Assembly: GCA_963766935.1 (NCBI GenBank)
Contig: CAVYBY010000008.1
Location: 4,683-68,682, forward strand
Reading direction: 5' to 3'
Source of the DNA: an uncultured Actinomycetes bacterium
Lineage (GTDB): Bacteria > Actinomycetota > UBA4738 > HRBIN12
Length of the DNA: 64,000 bases
Shown here one piece after another: positions 18,126-27,880 of this stretch. Under the pieces are notes generated by a model that did no database searches, had not been told where the DNA came from, and saw nothing but the letters and a program-made list of their open reading frames with translations. The position numbers were made by a program, and so were the translations under genes. Position 1 is the first letter of the stretch. Every line of letters starts with the position of its first letter.

Positions 18126-18887
18126 ATGTGCGACAGGTACGATCCCGCCGTGCCCGGGGAGCAGATCGCCGACCAGCCGGATGACCCGGCGCCGGATGAA
18201 CAGGCGGATGAACGAAACGGCTGGTGGCGCGGCGGCCTGCGGGTGGTCGGACCGTTTGTGCCCCTGTTCTTCCGGGTCCGCGTCGAGGGCACCGAGCAGA
18301 TGCCGCGCAGCGGGCCCGCCGTGTTGATCTTCAACCATGTGAGCGTGCTCGACGGACCCGTCCTCGCGATCGAGACCTCCCGGCGGACGCGGCGCGCCGT
18401 CCGGTTCCTGGTCGCGGCCGAGATCTTCCGCAAGCCGGTGCTCGGCTGGATCCTCCGCCGCTACCAGCAGATCCCCATCCGCCGCGGCGAGGGCGACGCG
18501 GCCGCGCTGGACGCGGCGATCGCCACCGTCCGGGAGGGGGCGCTTGCCGCGATCGCACCCGAGGGGCGGGTCAACGACGACGGCGTGACCGAGCTTCAGC
18601 GCGTTCGTTCGGGTGTCGCCCGCATCGCGCTGCCGGCCGGGGCCCCCGTCGTGCCGGCGGGCATCTGGGGAACCAACCGCACCTGGCCGCGGTCGGGGCT
18701 CCGCCTGCGTGCGAGGCGGCCGGTGCTGGCGATCGCGTTCGGGACGCCCGTCGTCCCCGAACGCGGCGAGGACGTCGAGGCGTTCCTTCCGCGGGTGCGC
18801 GTCAGCCTGCAACGCCAGGCGGATCGGGCGCGGGAGCTGAGCGCGCTCCCGCCGACGGGGCGGGTCAGCCCAGCGCGACGGCGCTGA
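18126..18887 (+). CDS. 1-acyl-sn-glycerol-3-phosphate acyltransferase (PlsC/LPLAT family)
   Basis: [11 protein letters not shown] (HX4D catalytic motif), FLVAAEIF, and PEGRVNDDG (PEGTR-like block). Confidence 0.8.
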   Translation: MCDRYDPAVPGEQIADQPDDPAPDEQADERNGWWRGGLRVVGPFVPLFFRVRVEGTEQMPRSGPAVLIFNHVSVLDGPVLAIETSRRTRRAVRFLVAAEIFRKPVLGWILRRYQQIPIRRGEGDAAALDAAIATVREGALAAIAPEGRVNDDGVTELQRVRSGVARIALPAGAPVVPAGIWGTNRTWPRSGLRLRARRPVLAIAFGTPVVPERGEDVEAFLPRVRVSLQRQADRARELSALPPTGRVSPARRR

Positions 18888-19797
18888 TCAGGTTCGAGTC
18901 GCGCAGCTTGCGCAGCGCCTCGCGCTCGATCAGGCGCACGCGCTCGCCGGAGAGCCCGAGCACCTTGCCGGTCTCACGCAGGCTGAGCGGCTGGCCGTTC
19001 TCGAGCCCGTAGCGAAGCGCGACCACCCGGCGTTCGCGTTCGTCGAGCACGCGCTCGACCGCGCCGCCGATCTCGTCGCGCAGCAGCTGGTCCTCGACCT
19101 CGTTGAACGCGGCGTCGGAGTCGACCTCCTCGATCAGGTCGCCGAGCTCCGTGTCCTCGCCGACCGGCGACTGAAGGGACAGCGGCTCGCGCCGGCCCAT
19201 CTCGGTCAGGTCGTCGATCTCTTCCGGCGTCGTGTCGAGGGCCTTGGCAAGCTCCTCGCGCGTCGGCTCGCGGCCCATCGACTGCGCGAACTGGAACCGC
19301 GTGCGGTTCAGCTTGCGAAGCCGGTCGTGGATGTGGACGGGCAGGCGGATCGAACGCGAGCGATCGGCGATCGCGCGCGTGATCCCCTGACGAATCCACC
19401 ACGTCGCGTAGGTCGAGAACTTGAAGCCGCGGCGCCAGTCGAACAGCTCGACGGCGCGCATCAGGCCGATGTTCCCTTCCTGGATGAGGTCGAGCAGCGG
19501 CAGACCCTGGCCCTGGTACTTGCGGGCCACGGAGACAACCAGCCGGAGGTTGGCCATGATGAATCGCTGGCGGGCGGCCTCGGCCTCCCGCACCTCCCTG
19601 CGAGCCTTGGCGATCGACTTCTCCGAACGCAGACGGCCGGCACGGAGGCGCTCTTCGCCCTCCTTGCCTGCCTCGATCGTCATGGCAAGCTCGACCTCTT
19701 CCTCCTTGGTGAGCAGCGGCTCGCGAGCCGCCGCCTCCAGGTAGAGGCGCAGGTCATCAGCGTCGTCGGTCCCTAGGGGACGCGCCGGCTCAGGCAC
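18865..19797 (-). CDS. RNA polymerase sigma factor, sigma-70 family group 2 (SigB/HrdD-like)
   Basis: Regions 1.2, 2 ([61 protein letters not shown]), 3 and 4.2 ([29 protein letters not shown]) all present. No region 1.1. 23-nt convergent overlap with plsC. Confidence 0.9.
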   Translation of the reverse strand: MPEPARPLGTDDADDLRLYLEAAAREPLLTKEEEVELAMTIEAGKEGEERLRAGRLRSEKSIAKARREVREAEAARQRFIMANLRLVVSVARKYQGQGLPLLDLIQEGNIGLMRAVELFDWRRGFKFSTYATWWIRQGITRAIADRSRSIRLPVHIHDRLRKLNRTRFQFAQSMGREPTREELAKALDTTPEEIDDLTEMGRREPLSLQSPVGEDTELGDLIEEVDSDAAFNEVEDQLLRDEIGGAVERVLDERERRVVALRYGLENGQPLSLRETGKVLGLSGERVRLIEREALRKLRDSNLISAVALG

Positions 19798-20214
19798 TTC
19801 GTATCACGCTCCTCCTCGAGGCCGAGCGCTCAGCGGGCAGCCAAGTCGCACCGGTTCCTCGGGAACTCGAGATCCCACGAACGGCAGCTCGGGGAGGTCG
19901 GGACGCGGTCACCCACGCGCCCGCCACACGGCCGTTCGAGGGCAATCGTATGGGGTCTTCGGCACATATGTAAAGCTCAGAGGGGTCGTCTTGGATGAAG
20001 GTCTTGTGACGAGACACACGGATCCGGGCCCGGCATTCGAGGCCCGAATCGCGATGGTGCTTGCCCTGCAAGAACTTCACGTTCTCCCCATCGCCCGGGG
20101 GTGACCCGAGAGCGTTGAGGACTCCCCCTCTGCAACGCGAAAGAACCCCCCGACCTTCCCGCGATCCCTCCCCCGCAAAGATTCCTGCGCCCCCTGGGGG
20201 ACTACCCTCGGTGC

Positions 20215-21141
20215 ATGACGCGCGAGCGGCTGGAACTGCCGGATCTGCAGACCGCCGAGTCCCGGGATCTCGGTGGGCCGGTGTGCTTTCGGGCCTGGGA
20301 CGGGCCCGGCGACCTCACCTTCGTGCTCGTGCACGGTCTCGGAGGGTCGCTCCTGACCTGGGTCCAGGTGGCTCCGGCGCTCTCCGGGCTCGGACGCGTC
20401 GTCGCCCTCGACCTCCCGGGATTCGGGACCACGCCCCGCGCGGGCCGGAGCACCGGGATCATGGACCTTCGCCGGACCCTGTCTGCGTTCATCGCGGAGG
20501 CGACGTCGGGGCCGGTCGTGATTGCCGGCAACTCGCTCGGCGGCGGTCTCGGCATCCTGCAGGCGGCGATCGAACCCGCCACGCTGAGCGGCCTCGTGCT
20601 GACCTCGTCGATCTTCCCGTGGCCGGGCCCGCCCGCGCCGTTCGTGACATCCATCCCGCACCCGGCGATCGGGGCGGCCTTCCTGCTGTACGACATGCCG
20701 CGGGTCGGCGAGTGGTTCGTGCGCGAACGCCTCCGCCGGCTCGACGGCGAGCATCTGGTGCGGATGGGACTTCGCTACGTCACGGCCCATCCAGACCGGA
20801 TTCCTCCCGGCGTCGTGGCGGCCATGGTCGAGCTCGCCGACGCGCGGATGGACGATCCCGAGATCGTGCCCGCCTTCGTCGACGCCGCGCGTTCCATGCT
20901 GCGCCTCGGACGCCGGCCGGAAGTGGCGCGCAGGGCGCTCGACGCGGTGGCGTGTCCGGTGCTGGTGATCCACGGGCGTCGCGACCACCTGGTCCGGCCG
21001 GCGTTCGCGGAGGCCGAGCTCGCGCGTCATCCCTCCTGGCGAGCGCGCTTCTTCCCCGACGTCGGACATGCGCCCCAGATGGAGGCCCCCGGCCGCTGGC
21101 TGGGCGAGGTGGCCGACTGGTTGTCGCAGATACGTCGCTGA
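20215..21141 (+). CDS. alpha/beta hydrolase fold protein
   Basis: VLVHGLGGS, nucleophile elbow GNSLGGG, and C-terminal ...DVGHAPQME. 308 aa. Confidence 0.8.
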   Translation: MTRERLELPDLQTAESRDLGGPVCFRAWDGPGDLTFVLVHGLGGSLLTWVQVAPALSGLGRVVALDLPGFGTTPRAGRSTGIMDLRRTLSAFIAEATSGPVVIAGNSLGGGLGILQAAIEPATLSGLVLTSSIFPWPGPPAPFVTSIPHPAIGAAFLLYDMPRVGEWFVRERLRRLDGEHLVRMGLRYVTAHPDRIPPGVVAAMVELADARMDDPEIVPAFVDAARSMLRLGRRPEVARRALDAVACPVLVIHGRRDHLVRPAFAEAELARHPSWRARFFPDVGHAPQMEAPGRWLGEVADWLSQIRR

Positions 21142-21163
21142 GCGTCGGCGGAGCCGGCCGGGC

Positions 21164-22078
21164 TCACACGACTGCCGACTCGGACGTCCGCCTCGTCGTG
21201 CGGACGAGCGCCGCGATGACCGACCCGCCGAGGATCAGCACGCCGCCGAGCGCGGTCGTCCATCGCACCGGCTCGTTGAGGAAGATGAACGCCAGCAGCG
21301 CGACCGTGAGCGGTTCCACGACGCCGATGATGGCGTTGCGGACCGCGCCGATGAGCTGGAGCCCGGCGAGCATCGAGGCGAACGCGCCGGCGGAGAACAC
21401 GCACATGCCGACGAGGCGCGGCCACTGTCCGGCGGCGGGAAAGATCAGCGCGCCGAAGCCGATGCCGTAGACGAGGTTGGCCACCGACGCGCCGAGTCCC
21501 AGCCATGCGGCGGCCGTCAGCGGGTCGGTCTTCGTCACGAGGCGGTCGGTCGCGACCAGATACGCCGAGTAGGCGAAGGCCGTGGCGAGCGCCAGCGCGA
21601 TCCCGAGCGGCTCGACGTCGACGCGCCCCCCGCCCACGACGACCACCCCGCTGCCGGCAAGGGCGAGCAGCAAGGCGACGAACAGCATGGGCTGCGGCGC
21701 GCGGCGGTCGATCGCGATCGACGCGAGCATCACGATCACCGGGTACACGTAGAACAGCAGCGTGACGGCCGCGGCCGCGCCGTGGTTGAGCGCCGAGAAG
21801 TAGAGCGCGGACTCGGCTCCGTATCCGAGCAGACCCGCGAGGACGACCGGCATGCGTTCTCCGCGAGCCGGCAGCAGGGGCCGGCGCATGAGCGCCACGA
21901 CGCAGAACAGAATCGCCGCCTGTCCGCCGAACCGGATGGTGAGCATGCCGAACGGCAGATGGCCCGCCTGCACGCGCTTGCCGAAGATCACGACGAACGC
22001 GAACAGGATCGCCATGGACGCCGAGAGGCCGGACCCGGCGAGCTCGCCTCTGGGAGTGGTCGCCCGGCGGCCGCTCAC
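21164..22078 (-). CDS. EamA/DMT family transporter
   Basis: 304-aa, 10-TM protein with two EamA repeats (...ALLLALAGSGVVVVGG... / ...LAFIFLNEPVRWTTALGGVLILGGSV). Confidence 0.8.
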   Translation of the reverse strand: MSGRRATTPRGELAGSGLSASMAILFAFVVIFGKRVQAGHLPFGMLTIRFGGQAAILFCVVALMRRPLLPARGERMPVVLAGLLGYGAESALYFSALNHGAAAAVTLLFYVYPVIVMLASIAIDRRAPQPMLFVALLLALAGSGVVVVGGGRVDVEPLGIALALATAFAYSAYLVATDRLVTKTDPLTAAAWLGLGASVANLVYGIGFGALIFPAAGQWPRLVGMCVFSAGAFASMLAGLQLIGAVRNAIIGVVEPLTVALLAFIFLNEPVRWTTALGGVLILGGSVIAALVRTTRRTSESAVV

Positions 22079-22860
22079 TCGTCGCCCAGCAAGAAGCGGC
22101 CGACGCGATCCACCAGCTCCGGGATCCCCTCGAACATGGCCCGCTCGGACTCGAAGACGATGAGCTCGGCGGAGGGCAGGACCGCCGCCAGCTCGCGCCC
22201 GATCTCGGCGCGGTGGATCGCGTCGCCCTCACGGCACACGATCAGGACGGGCGCCTCGACGCGGCGGAGCAGCTCGCGGTCGGCGATGGGCACGTCGCCC
22301 AGGACCCCACGGATCGCCCGCGCGACGCCGGCCGGGTTCAGGTCTTGCCACAGCTGGAGGTCGATGTCCCGAAGCCAGGGCGCGCCCTCGTAGTCGCCGC
22401 CACGGCCGGACTTCGAGACGATCTTCGCGATCGCCTCGTCCTTCGGCAGCTCGTCGAGCACGTCGGCGATCCAGTCGAACCGATGGTGGTCGGCGATCTG
22501 CGTGTCGAGCGCGGCCGGCAGGAGAAACATGATCCGTTCGAACCGGTCGGGCCGCGTTCCCAGCAGATTCGTGATGGCGCCCGCGCCGATCGAGGTTCCC
22601 ACCGCGCGCGTCGCGTCGTACGCGGTCGCGACCGCGTCCAGGTCCCGGGCAAAGTCGGCGAACGCGTAGCCGGTCTCGGGAACGCTCGAATGCCCGTGGC
22701 CCCGAAAGCAGAACCTGACGGCCGTGCCGGGAGCGAGCGGGGTGAGCATCGCCAGCTCGTTGCACGAGTTCGTCAGGCCGTGCGCGAACACGGTGACCGG
22801 CTCGCCCGAGCCGTCGATCTCGACGTGCAGCGTCGCGTCTTCGGTGACGACCTCGGGCAC
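22075..22860 (-). CDS. alpha/beta hydrolase
   Basis: C-terminal 261 aa of the 865-aa track ORF. Conserved alpha/beta-hydrolase core motifs recognisable in the listed translation. GTG start at 22860, 5 nt after the MFS stop. The N-terminal 600 aa of the track ORF is Arg/Gly-rich antisense of the MFS gene and not coding. Confidence 0.65.
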   Translation of the reverse strand: MPEVVTEDATLHVEIDGSGEPVTVFAHGLTNSCNELAMLTPLAPGTAVRFCFRGHGHSSVPETGYAFADFARDLDAVATAYDATRAVGTSIGAGAITNLLGTRPDRFERIMFLLPAALDTQIADHHRFDWIADVLDELPKDEAIAKIVSKSGRGGDYEGAPWLRDIDLQLWQDLNPAGVARAIRGVLGDVPIADRELLRRVEAPVLIVCREGDAIHRAEIGRELAAVLPSAELIVFESERAMFEGIPELVDRVGRFLLGDE

Positions 22861-22865
22861 GGCCT

Positions 22866-24183
22866 TCAGCCTCGCGTGGGGGACGGATCCGCGGCGGCCG
22901 AGTCGCGGATGCGCCGCGCCCAGGACGCCACGAGCACGGACAGAAGGAGAAACGCGCCGCCCGAGATCTCCAGGATCGCACGGACGCGCCCGGCATCCCC
23001 TTCGACCCAGACCCACGACAGCACGAGGGCCGGCAGGATGAAGCCCGCGTTGTACGCGATGTCGAAGAGCGCGAACGCCCGCCCCCGGAAGTCGTCGGGC
23101 ATCGCCTCCTGCACGATCGTGTCGGCGGAGATCTTGCCGAGGAAGAACGAGAAGAAGCCGACGAACAGCATGGCGGCGAACCCGGCCGGCGAGACGAGCG
23201 CGCCGAAGACCAGCGTGCCCGCACCGAGCAGGAACATCGAAACGAGCAGCAGTCGGATCGGAGGGACGCGATCCTTCCAGCGCTCCGCGAGCACCATCCC
23301 GAGCACCCCGCCGAGCAGACCGCCTCCACCCGAGAGGCCGAGCGCCAGCCCGCTGCCGTCGCCGCTCTGCACGAGGTTCTTCGCGTACAGGGCAAACGTG
23401 AACAGGCCGAACCCCCAGAACTGATACCGCAGCATCTGGAACGATCCCAATGCGAGCGCGGCCCGCGGCCGGGACGCAACCTCTCGCATCCCCGCGACGA
23501 TCGTTCGGAGCACCCGGGCGGCCTCGACTGCGAAGGTCGTCTCGTGCTCGCCGGCCTCGACGTGGCGAAGGCGGCCGGCGATCGCCGCCGCGGCCGCCAT
23601 CACGCCGGCGCCGGCAAGGACCACGAGCCAGGCCGGCAGCGCGACGGTTGCCACGAGCGCCGCGCCAAGACCGACCACCTGGAACAGCGCGCCCCCGGCC
23701 TGAGAGAGCGCGTTGCCCTGCAGCAGATCTTTTCCGGCCAGCACGTCGGGCACGGCCGCGGACTTCACGGCGAGCACGACCCGGACGACCGCCTGGGCGG
23801 CGAGAAGCCCGACCACCAGGGCGACCGTGGCGCCGGGGCGCCCCTCCGTCGTGCCGCCTCCGAGCGGGAGCAGCACGGCGACGGCGGTCACCGCAACCAC
23901 GGCCGACGCGGCGACGATGGACCAGCGGACGACGCGGCGCCGCTCGAAGCGGTCGATCAAGACGCCGATGAACGGCGAGAGGAACGTGTAGGGAACGTAG
24001 AGCGCCAGGACCACCTTCAGCAGATACCCGGCCGAAGGAACGGTTGAGACGTCGAAGCCCTGCTGGCCGCCGAACGCGATCGACTTGCCGATGGCGCCCT
24101 GCACGACCCCCTGGCCGGCCTGCACCGCGAACTGCACACCCATCAGGCTCGAGAAGTCCTTGTTGGAGAAGACCGAGAACATC
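22866..24183 (-). CDS. MFS transporter; in frame, with no intervening stop, to the upstream membrane-protein ORF
   Basis: MFSVFSNKDF... then MFS motif A (FLSPFIGVLIDRFERRRVV), 12 to 14 TMs, motif C-like GGLLGGVLGM. Lies inside the 1235-aa track ORF 22866..26573. Confidence 0.7.
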
Positions 24184-26318
24184 CGGTCGACGTAGCCGGC
24201 GGCCTTGTCCAGCGGGCGGCGGATCGTTGCGGCGCCGAAGCGGAGCCCGGCGGCGACCGCCACCGCCACGACGACGGTCGCCCAGCCCTTGGCGGTCGTG
24301 AACGGGCCGCGCCAGACGGTGAGGACCGCGATGCCCGACAACACGGTGAGCACGACCGACAGGCCCGGGATGAGCGCGATCCTGCTGGGCGTGTCGTTCA
24401 GCTCGAACCACGGCGCCGCGATCAACCCGGGCAGCACGGCGAGCATGAAGATGCCGGCGAGCACCAGCAGTGTGTGGACCGGGTTCGCGGTGGCCGGCGG
24501 ATGGTTCGAGAACTGGTCCGCCGCCTCCTGCCCGGCGGCGCGTGCGCGATCGACGGTCCCGGGCGCCGGCGTGAACAGACCCGGGCCCTGCAGCACATAG
24601 ACGTCGGGACCGATCTCGATCGCGTCCTTCGTCGCCTCGGCCAGGCGCTGCTGCTCGACGTCGCTCGTGCACGACGGCGCCTCGTTGCAGAGCCCTCCGT
24701 AGTACTGGCCGATCAAGAACGCGACGGGATTCGCCTCATACGTCCGTTTGCGAACCTGGAGCTCCCCGAAGTGCTGCGCGGCCGCCTTCGTGTACGACGC
24801 GGACGGCCCGGTGGTCGGCCGGTTCGCGAGAAAGTCCTCGACCGTCCCGAGGAACGTGGCGCTGTACTGCTGGGTGCCGCCGGGCAAGCCGGTGCGAAAG
24901 ACGTTCGAGTACGTCTTGGCCCATCCGTAGGCGGTGTTCGTCCGCTGGGACGGGATGTCGACGTCGTCGTAGTTGACGACGAGCACGTTCGGCCGCTCGC
25001 CCGCGTCGGCGACCACCTCGTGCACGGCGGCGAGCGACGTCCGGACCGCCTGGTTGGCCCATTGGTTCGTCTCGCTGCTCCACCGGTGCTGGAGGCCGTC
25101 GAGCACGACCCAGCCGAGCGAGCCGGCGACGAGCACGGCGACGAGCGCGCCGATCGGCGCGACACGCCGGCCCGGGCGAAGGAACCGTCTGATGACGACG
25201 AACGCGCCCAGCCCGACGAGCGCCATCGGCGCGGCCGTCGCGTTCATGAAGCGGTAGTACGGGACGACGGGCGAGCCGGGGTCGCCGGAGACCTGGAACT
25301 CGGATCCGGCGACGAACGTGAGCACGCCGGCCATCGGCAGCATCCACCAGATCGCCGCCGTGTCGTACAGATGCGCCGGCCGCCGCGTCCGCCGCGCCAG
25401 AAGGATCGTCGCAACGACGGCCACGACGATGAACGGCACGATCACGACCGGCTGCATCGACCCGATCCATCCCCCGAGACGGTCCACGAAGAACCGTTTC
25501 GTGTACGGCGGGGGCAGCGCCGCCTCCTTGAGGCTCGCCGCCTGCCCCCAGATCCCGATCGGCCACATCGCAAGACCGGCGATCATCCCGAGCCCGATCG
25601 ACGAGAGCATCGGGCCGTCCGACCGGAGCACCGGCGCGATCGAGAAGCGCGCCGTCAGGACGTGGAACCCGAACACCGCCAGCAGAACGACGCCGAACAA
25701 CGCGCACGACGTGGGGTGGGTGAATGCCGCGGCAGTGCCGATCAAAAAGAGCGCCGATCTCGCTCCCCAGGAGGTCCTGGCCGCCTGGAGGAACGGCAGC
25801 GTCATCGATAACAGGAACAGCACCGTGATGTTGTCGAGGTAGCCGACGTAGGGCGTCGTCAGGAACAGCGCGACCGCGGCGAGCATCGTGACGAGCACGA
25901 TCAACGGATCACCGCGGCTTCGAAACGCTCCGGCCCCGAGCGCGAGACCCGTCAGCACCGGGATCCCGAGCATGAGGATCGTGCTGAAGCTGTACGAGTC
26001 CACCCCGGCCACGCGCTGCAGGAGCGCCCCGGCCATCGGCACCGAAACGCGGTAGCCGGCCGAGAACAGACCCTTGGGTCCCCAGTCGCCGACCACCGCG
26101 GCGGGATCGCTCTGCAGGATGACGTCGGCGCGCCACGTGTACCAGGCGGGATCCCGGGTCGGCGCCGACCGCGACGGGTCGGCCAGGAACGGCCGGCCGA
26201 GGACGAAGAGCAGGATGATCGCGAACCCGGCGATCACCCACCAGGAGCCGAGCCATCCGAACCCACCGGCGCCCTCGGCACCAGCAGCCGAGCGGTCGCC
26301 GGTCACGGGCGGCATCAT
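24184..26318 (-). CDS. large polytopic membrane protein with an extracytoplasmic loop (GT-C-like glycosyltransferase architecture?), continuous with the downstream MFS ORF
   Basis: From MMPPVTGDRS: more than 12 predicted TM helices, a ~200-aa hydrophilic loop (NYDDVDIPSQRTNTAYGWAKTYSNV...) and further TMs. No family recognisable by eye. The C-terminal boundary is not defined because no stop precedes the MFS ATG. Confidence 0.45.
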
Positions 26319-26334
26319 AGGGTCGGCCCGGCAC

Positions 26335-27213
26335 TCATCCCGACGCCAGCTGCAGCCGGCCGCGGCTTCGTTCGAGCAATCCTTCGGCGACGAGCGCGTC
26401 CGCGGCCTGCCGGACCCGCTCCGGCTCGTGGCCGGTCTCCGCGGCCAGCTCCGGCACGGTCGCCCCTGCCCGCCGTCGCAGAACGCGCACCACTGCGCCC
26501 CGTACCTGGCGCGCCGACCCCTCGAATTCGGGGCTCCGCCGGCGGGGACCGCGGTCGTCGGCGCCGGCCGCACGCCACCGGCACCATCGGGCGAGTGGAC
26601 AGTCCTCGCAGCGCGGCGACGGACGGCAGAGCGCCCGGCCGAGGTTCATCACAGCCTGGTTCCACGCACCCGGGTCGTCACGGTCGAGCCATCCATCGGC
26701 CGCGGCGGCGACCGCGGCCGGCTCCGCCGAGGTCGTCCCCAGCTCGAGCCGGGCCATGACGCGGCGAACGTTGGTGTCGACGGCCGCCACGGGCAGACCG
26801 AACGCGATCGAGGCGACCGCGGCGGCCGTGTACGGACCCACGCCGGGCAGCGCCCGCAGCGCGCCGACGTCGGCGGGGAGCCGGCCGGCGACGCCGACCG
26901 CCCTCGCCGCCTCGTGCAGCGCGACCGCCCTTCGGTTGTAGCCCAAGCCATCCCACGCGCGGATCACGTCGGCTCGGGAGGCGGCGGCCAGCGCGGCGAG
27001 GTCCGGGAAGCGTTCGACGAACGTCTCGAACGCCGGCCCGACGCGCGCGGCCTGCGTCTGCTGGAGCATGACCTCGGACACGAGCACCCGGTAGGGATCC
27101 CGTCCGGGTTGCCGCCACGCGTAGTCCACCCGGTGCTCGCGATCCCAGGCGAGAAGCGCCGTGCGAGCGGCGGTTCGCGGGCCGGCGGCTGGGGGTCTAG
27201 GCTCCCGAGCCAT
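26335..27213 (-). CDS. mutY: HhH-GPD family DNA glycosylase, MutY-like A/G-specific adenine glycosylase (short form lacking a NUDIX-like C-terminal domain)
   Basis: LLAWDREHRVDYAWRQPGRDPYRVLVSEVMLQQTQAARV...LPGVGPYTAAAVASIAFG (HhH-GPD) and 4Fe-4S loop CRPSPRCEDCPLARWC. ATG at 27213 shares the CATG tetranucleotide with the divergent CBS gene start. Confidence 0.8.
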   Translation of the reverse strand: MAREPRPPAAGPRTAARTALLAWDREHRVDYAWRQPGRDPYRVLVSEVMLQQTQAARVGPAFETFVERFPDLAALAAASRADVIRAWDGLGYNRRAVALHEAARAVGVAGRLPADVGALRALPGVGPYTAAAVASIAFGLPVAAVDTNVRRVMARLELGTTSAEPAAVAAAADGWLDRDDPGAWNQAVMNLGRALCRPSPRCEDCPLARWCRWRAAGADDRGPRRRSPEFEGSARQVRGAVVRVLRRRAGATVPELAAETGHEPERVRQAADALVAEGLLERSRGRLQLASG

Positions 27214-27580
27214 GACCACGGTCGAAGCGTTGATGAGCAGCGAACTGGTGGTCGTCGGACCGACCGCAACCGTCGCCGAGGCGGCGACCGTGATGGGGAC
27301 GAGGGGGGTCGGATCGGCGCTCGTCATGGAGGATGGGCGGCTGCTGGGGATTTTCACGGAGCGAGATGTCCTTCGCGCCGTCGGCTCGAGCGTGGGTGCC
27401 GAGGCGTTGCACATGCGGGAGGCGATGACCCCCGATCCCGAGACGGTCCCACCGAGCATGGACGCCGAGGAGGCGCTGGCGCTCATGCTGAAGCGTGGCT
27501 TTCGTCACCTGCCCGTCGTCCGGGACCGGCACGTGGTCGGCATCGTCTCGATCCGGGACCTGCTTCGCGACCGCGCCTAG
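27212..27580 (+). CDS. CBS domain pair protein
   Basis: Two CBS motifs (VVVGPTATVAEAATVM...LVMEDGRLLGIFTERDVLRAV and MTPDPETVPPSMDAEEALALMLKRGFRHLPVVRDRHVVGIVSIRDLLR). An alternative GTG start at 27161 is possible. Confidence 0.75.
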   Translation: MTTVEALMSSELVVVGPTATVAEAATVMGTRGVGSALVMEDGRLLGIFTERDVLRAVGSSVGAEALHMREAMTPDPETVPPSMDAEEALALMLKRGFRHLPVVRDRHVVGIVSIRDLLRDRA

Positions 27581-27765
27581 AAGCCCGGCCTGTTCTCCGG
27601 GCTCGGCATCTCCTCCATCGTCCGCCGAAGCTCCGCGTACACCTCCTTGAACACGCCGGCGACGAGCGCGGGGGCCTTGTCACCGCTCATGGTGCCGCGA
27701 ACAGCGGAGGCCGTGATCTCCACGGCCTTGTCGAAGACGTGCCAGTCGGTGTCGCGAGACATCAT
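27577..27765 (-). CDS. small hypothetical protein (62 aa)
   Basis: GGGAGG RBS 2-3 nt spacer-adjusted upstream of ATG. 4-nt overlap with the CBS gene 3' end. Sequence MMSRDTDWHVFDKAVEITASAVRGTMSGDKAPALVAGVFKEVYAELRRTMEEMPS is not low-complexity. Confidence 0.45.
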   Translation of the reverse strand: MMSRDTDWHVFDKAVEITASAVRGTMSGDKAPALVAGVFKEVYAELRRTMEEMPSPENRPGF

Positions 27766-27880
27766 TCCTCCCGGAAGCCATACGAGTAAGCGTCAGTCAC
27801 CCAGGCTACCCGACCGCCGGGCCGGGAACCCCCTGCGGCGGTCTTGTCCGCGCGCGCGGCTTCGCTAGTCTCCTCAACCG

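Noticed and set aside
19990-20060. Possible tRNA-like or small RNA in the GC-poor patch upstream of the sigma factor
   Set aside because: No acceptor/T-arm (GTTCGAATC-like) or anticodon-arm geometry could be built. Kept only as a candidate leader structure.
22229-23479. 416-aa minus ORF and 403-aa plus ORF 22213..23424
   Set aside because: Alternative frames or antisense of the MFS/hydrolase genes. Ser/Arg/Pro-rich.
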